Part shown: in pieces, positions 15,101 through 17,360 of the stretch
How positions within the stretch are numbered: the first letter of the stretch is position 1
How the letters are laid out: each line of letters opens with the position of its first letter
Source of the DNA: Pseudomonadota bacterium
GTDB taxonomy: Bacteria > Bdellovibrionota > FAC87 > UBA2466
Reading direction: 5' to 3'
Assembly (NCBI GenBank): GCA_043718025.1
Contig: JAYSWN010000229.1
Location: forward strand, 1-17,360
Length of the DNA stretch: 17,360 nucleotides
Notes under the pieces: model-generated
What the model was told of the DNA's origin: nothing
Seen by the model: the letters and a program-made list of their open reading frames with translations, nothing else
The model's database searches: none
Program-made: the position numbers and the translations under genes

Positions 15101-15994
15101 ATGCAGCAGGGGGAGTGGTTGAAATATCTGTCATTTTGGGCGGTTATGCTTACCGTCTTTTGTCGACCAGCGTTCGCGGTGAACTGGATCAACCGGTGCG
15201 GTGGCGGCTTGCTTGCGGTTGTAGGCGGAACCGGGCGCAACGGTGAACGAAAAACTGGTTTCCGCTTGGTATACACCATTGGCACAAGTGGTCGTCGACG
15301 GCTTGAGGCCCTACGCGTAGTCGACCCGCATCAGCAAGTAGACCTGGCCCACCCCTTCGAAGTGGCGCTAAATGACAGTGGCGCCAGAGAACGGCTAGTT
15401 TTTGTAGAACAGAGTCTGCAAAAACGCGGCGTAAAAAAGAAAGTTTATATTTCCGATCGCGAAGTGAGAATCGTTAGCTCAGATGAGAATCTTGCTGAAT
15501 TTTCTGACGGCGAAATCGCCGGTAGAGCCCCGGTTATCGTGGTGCTCACCAAACAGGTGGACGAAGACATTAACGGAACCATTCACGGCGCGATTTCCGA
15601 ACTTTATCTGGGCGAGCTGGAAATGGCGGATGCCTCTTTTAGGGAGAACACCAAAAAATCGGTGGATCACATCGTGGCCCTTGCCCTACAGCAGTCCCAA
15701 TTCCAAAACCGCGACGTGGCAGCTCTGAAGCATCAATGTAAAAGAATTCTTTTTTTAAGAACGGTATGGCTGGCGAAACAGCTATTTTACGACGCGAATT
15801 CTGCCATTCGACCCGCCTACGCCGCCAAGTGGTCATCCGATCGACTGGACAAAATTAAAACCGACCAACAGATAGAGTTCTACGCCCATGCCGAGCACGA
15901 CCCGATCGATGCCAATTTTGCCCGTTTTGTACTGCCGCTTGAAACCCCGGGCATGGAGCTACCGTTCTTTAACCCGCCGCCACTGGCTAATTAG
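15101..15994 (+). CDS. Secreted hypothetical protein
   Basis: Long ORF. Likely start is ATG 15101 or TTG 15119 (after AGGGGGAG), giving the signal peptide KYLSFWAVMLTVFCRPAFA. The track start at 15035 falls inside the repeat. The stop overlaps the convergent gene's stop. Confidence 0.75.
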   Translation: MQQGEWLKYLSFWAVMLTVFCRPAFAVNWINRCGGGLLAVVGGTGRNGERKTGFRLVYTIGTSGRRRLEALRVVDPHQQVDLAHPFEVALNDSGARERLVFVEQSLQKRGVKKKVYISDREVRIVSSDENLAEFSDGEIAGRAPVIVVLTKQVDEDINGTIHGAISELYLGELEMADASFRENTKKSVDHIVALALQQSQFQNRDVAALKHQCKRILFLRTVWLAKQLFYDANSAIRPAYAAKWSSDRLDKIKTDQQIEFYAHAEHDPIDANFARFVLPLETPGMELPFFNPPPLAN

Positions 15995-16599
15995 TTTTTG
16001 CCGTTTTTCCATTCGAGCCAAATCACCCCGCGAAAATCGCCGACCGAAAAACCGGTAGCCTTATCATCAGGATAATACGCGGCTAAGTCTTGCTTAACCC
16101 CTTCCGTCAGGTTTGCGCCGTGGCAGTTAAGGCAAATTGGCTCGACGATAATCGGTTCGAGGTAGCCGTAGTGATTTTTACCCAGCGTGACTAGAGTTGA
16201 TTTTGGGATCTCCGCCGCAGCCAAGACCGAAAACTTTTCTAGGTAGGGTTTCACCCACGCGCGGGCGGCATTCTTCGAATTACGAAGCTTTAATGAGGTG
16301 CGCCCGACCTCAAGAGAGTGCATCCCCCTGCCCTTTTCGTTCTTGCCGACATGCGGAGCCTCCACTTTACAGTCGCCGAGCGCCTTCTGCGCGCCCTTTT
16401 CGCTAAGGGCTTTGCCCAGCGCAGTACGAAAATTTTTTCTCACCTCATCAACGGCCACGTGAGCCCGCTCGATGGGCTTAACCTTTTCTTGAATATCATT
16501 GGGCTCGGATCCCGTGGCCAACGCCACCCCAAATGGCCCCACGTAAATAAGCATCAGAAAGAGAAAACTGGTTGGCACTCGTTTCATAAGTCGGTTCAC
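15991..16599 (-). CDS. DUF3365 / Tll0287-like periplasmic c-type heme protein
   Basis: Signal peptide, an early conserved Cys (GDCKVEAP), GRTSLKLRN..N, heme motif CLNCHG and YPDDKATGF..GD.RG. Start is GTG 16599 (GTGA overlap with the upstream stop) or ATG 16587. Confidence 0.9.
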   Translation of the reverse strand: MNRLMKRVPTSFLFLMLIYVGPFGVALATGSEPNDIQEKVKPIERAHVAVDEVRKNFRTALGKALSEKGAQKALGDCKVEAPHVGKNEKGRGMHSLEVGRTSLKLRNSKNAARAWVKPYLEKFSVLAAAEIPKSTLVTLGKNHYGYLEPIIVEPICLNCHGANLTEGVKQDLAAYYPDDKATGFSVGDFRGVIWLEWKNGKN

Positions 16600-16952
16600 T
16601 CCGTAAGGTCCAGGTAGTTACCCTCTCGGTCTTCGAGCAACACCAATCCGCCTTCTTGAAATTTGATGGTGGCAGTTTCCACGTCCATCTCTCCATGAAG
16701 TTGGTAGGCAATAAAATTTCCCGAAGTCAGAGAGATAATCTTGGTGTTGGGGGATGCCTTTTTATGAAATGTAGAAGTCCCGATGGGCAGGGTAATGGAA
16801 TACCCTTCCACCTTCAGAAGACCATTGGTTTCGTTAAATCCCAACACCGTGCCCACGAAATACCTAGTTTTGTCCCTTTCGAAAAGGCGCCGGTGAGAGA
16901 TTAAAACCTTATCGCCGGGCTGCAGAAAAATGAACTGAAACGTCTTGGTCAT
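16596..16952 (-). CDS. Small cytoplasmic conserved-looking hypothetical protein
   Basis: ATG 16952 with AGGGAG RBS (16957-16962), 118 aa, beta-rich L.PG.KV.I..RR.F..D..R.FVG.V pattern. Its stop overlaps the candidate GTG start of the DUF3365 gene. Confidence 0.72.
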   Translation of the reverse strand: MTKTFQFIFLQPGDKVLISHRRLFERDKTRYFVGTVLGFNETNGLLKVEGYSITLPIGTSTFHKKASPNTKIISLTSGNFIAYQLHGEMDVETATIKFQEGGLVLLEDREGNYLDLTE

Positions 16953-17253
16953 GACTCTCCCTTTGCGGATAGTCATAGCAAGAGTGAAGCCGCTCGGTTT
17001 AGCGCGTACGCGCTGCAACAACCATGCGGAATTGAGACAGAGGATCACGTAGGCCGGACATTTTATCCCTCGGCGATCCCCTGGTAACTCCATAGGGGGC
17101 TCAACAACCGAACTAAATCAAAAGCGTTCCACCCGTTTTCGGCTTTTTTTGTAAAATTTTTCCGGAAAAAGGAGATAAAAAAAATCAGAGCCATTTCAAA
17201 GTCAGGAAATTTCCTCAGAGAATGTCTTAAAACCTTATGTAGAGCCGAGTTCC

Positions 17254-17290
17254 TGTCATTGCCGAGCCTGCGTAGCAGGCGCGGCAACCT
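17254..17290. repeat. TGTCATTGC-led REP-like palindromic element
   Basis: TGTCA-TTGCCG-A-GCCTGC-GTA-GCAGGC-G-CGGCAA-CCT: two stacked 6-bp stems, resembling the widespread GTCATTGCGAG...GCAATC palindromic repeats. Confidence 0.6.
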
Positions 17291-17360
17291 TTGGCCTGCT
17301 TGGTTTTGTCGACGTCCCTCTTCACTCATAGTGAAAGGGTTGCTTCAGCCGCACTGCGTG

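Noticed and set aside
14962..16992. Weaker GG-N10-GC motifs on the minus strand upstream of the thioredoxin gene (TGGTAAGCTACTCGCT, ~14963-14978) and the 16952 gene (CGGCTTCACTCTTGCT, ~16977-16992)
   Set aside because: Poor match to the -24 box. GG-N10-GC alone is expected by chance in windows of this size, so a PWM scan would be needed.
17063..17329. 88-aa minus-strand ORF
   Set aside because: It runs through a palindromic repeat and poly-A/T tracts, with no RBS and no motif; likely intergenic.
1..17360. CRISPR array, integron cassette array, prophage or IS element
   Set aside because: No regularly spaced repeats, no attC-like sites at gene ends, and no integrase, transposase, cas or phage structural motifs were seen. 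The 40-bp repeat occurs only twice.

Overview
Gene-dense bacterial chromosomal window with about 18 probable CDS and no rRNA, tRNA, CRISPR array, integrase or transposase. A 'GFDDND'-motif secreted protein, many orphan signal-peptide proteins and sigma54-type promoters suggest a Bdellovibrionota/Oligoflexia-like or deltaproteobacterial host (inference only). The left half holds recognisable stress/redox genes: selO/ydiU AMPylase, a secreted DUF900 alpha/beta hydrolase, a zinc-finger-less Fpg/MutM of the plant/fungal type, a secreted ABM-domain protein, a tightly coupled pair (AhpD-like CxxC protein plus a COQ8/UbiB-family atypical kinase with a ~365-aa unknown N-terminal extension), and a convergent secreted redoxin + cytochrome c + copper type II (PHM/DBH-like) monooxygenase fusion. 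The right half is mostly small exported proteins (DUF1036, thioredoxin-like, DUF3365 c-type heme protein, orphans), including a signal-peptide protein with three degenerate XRE/Cro-like repeats. Non-coding structure includes a 40-bp palindrome-cored direct repeat present twice ~11.1 kb apart (one copy supplies the last 9 codons and stop of mutM), two GTCAT-led REP-like hairpins, three sigma54 -24/-12 candidates and one intrinsic terminator. All family calls come from motif recognition by eye; no searches were run.
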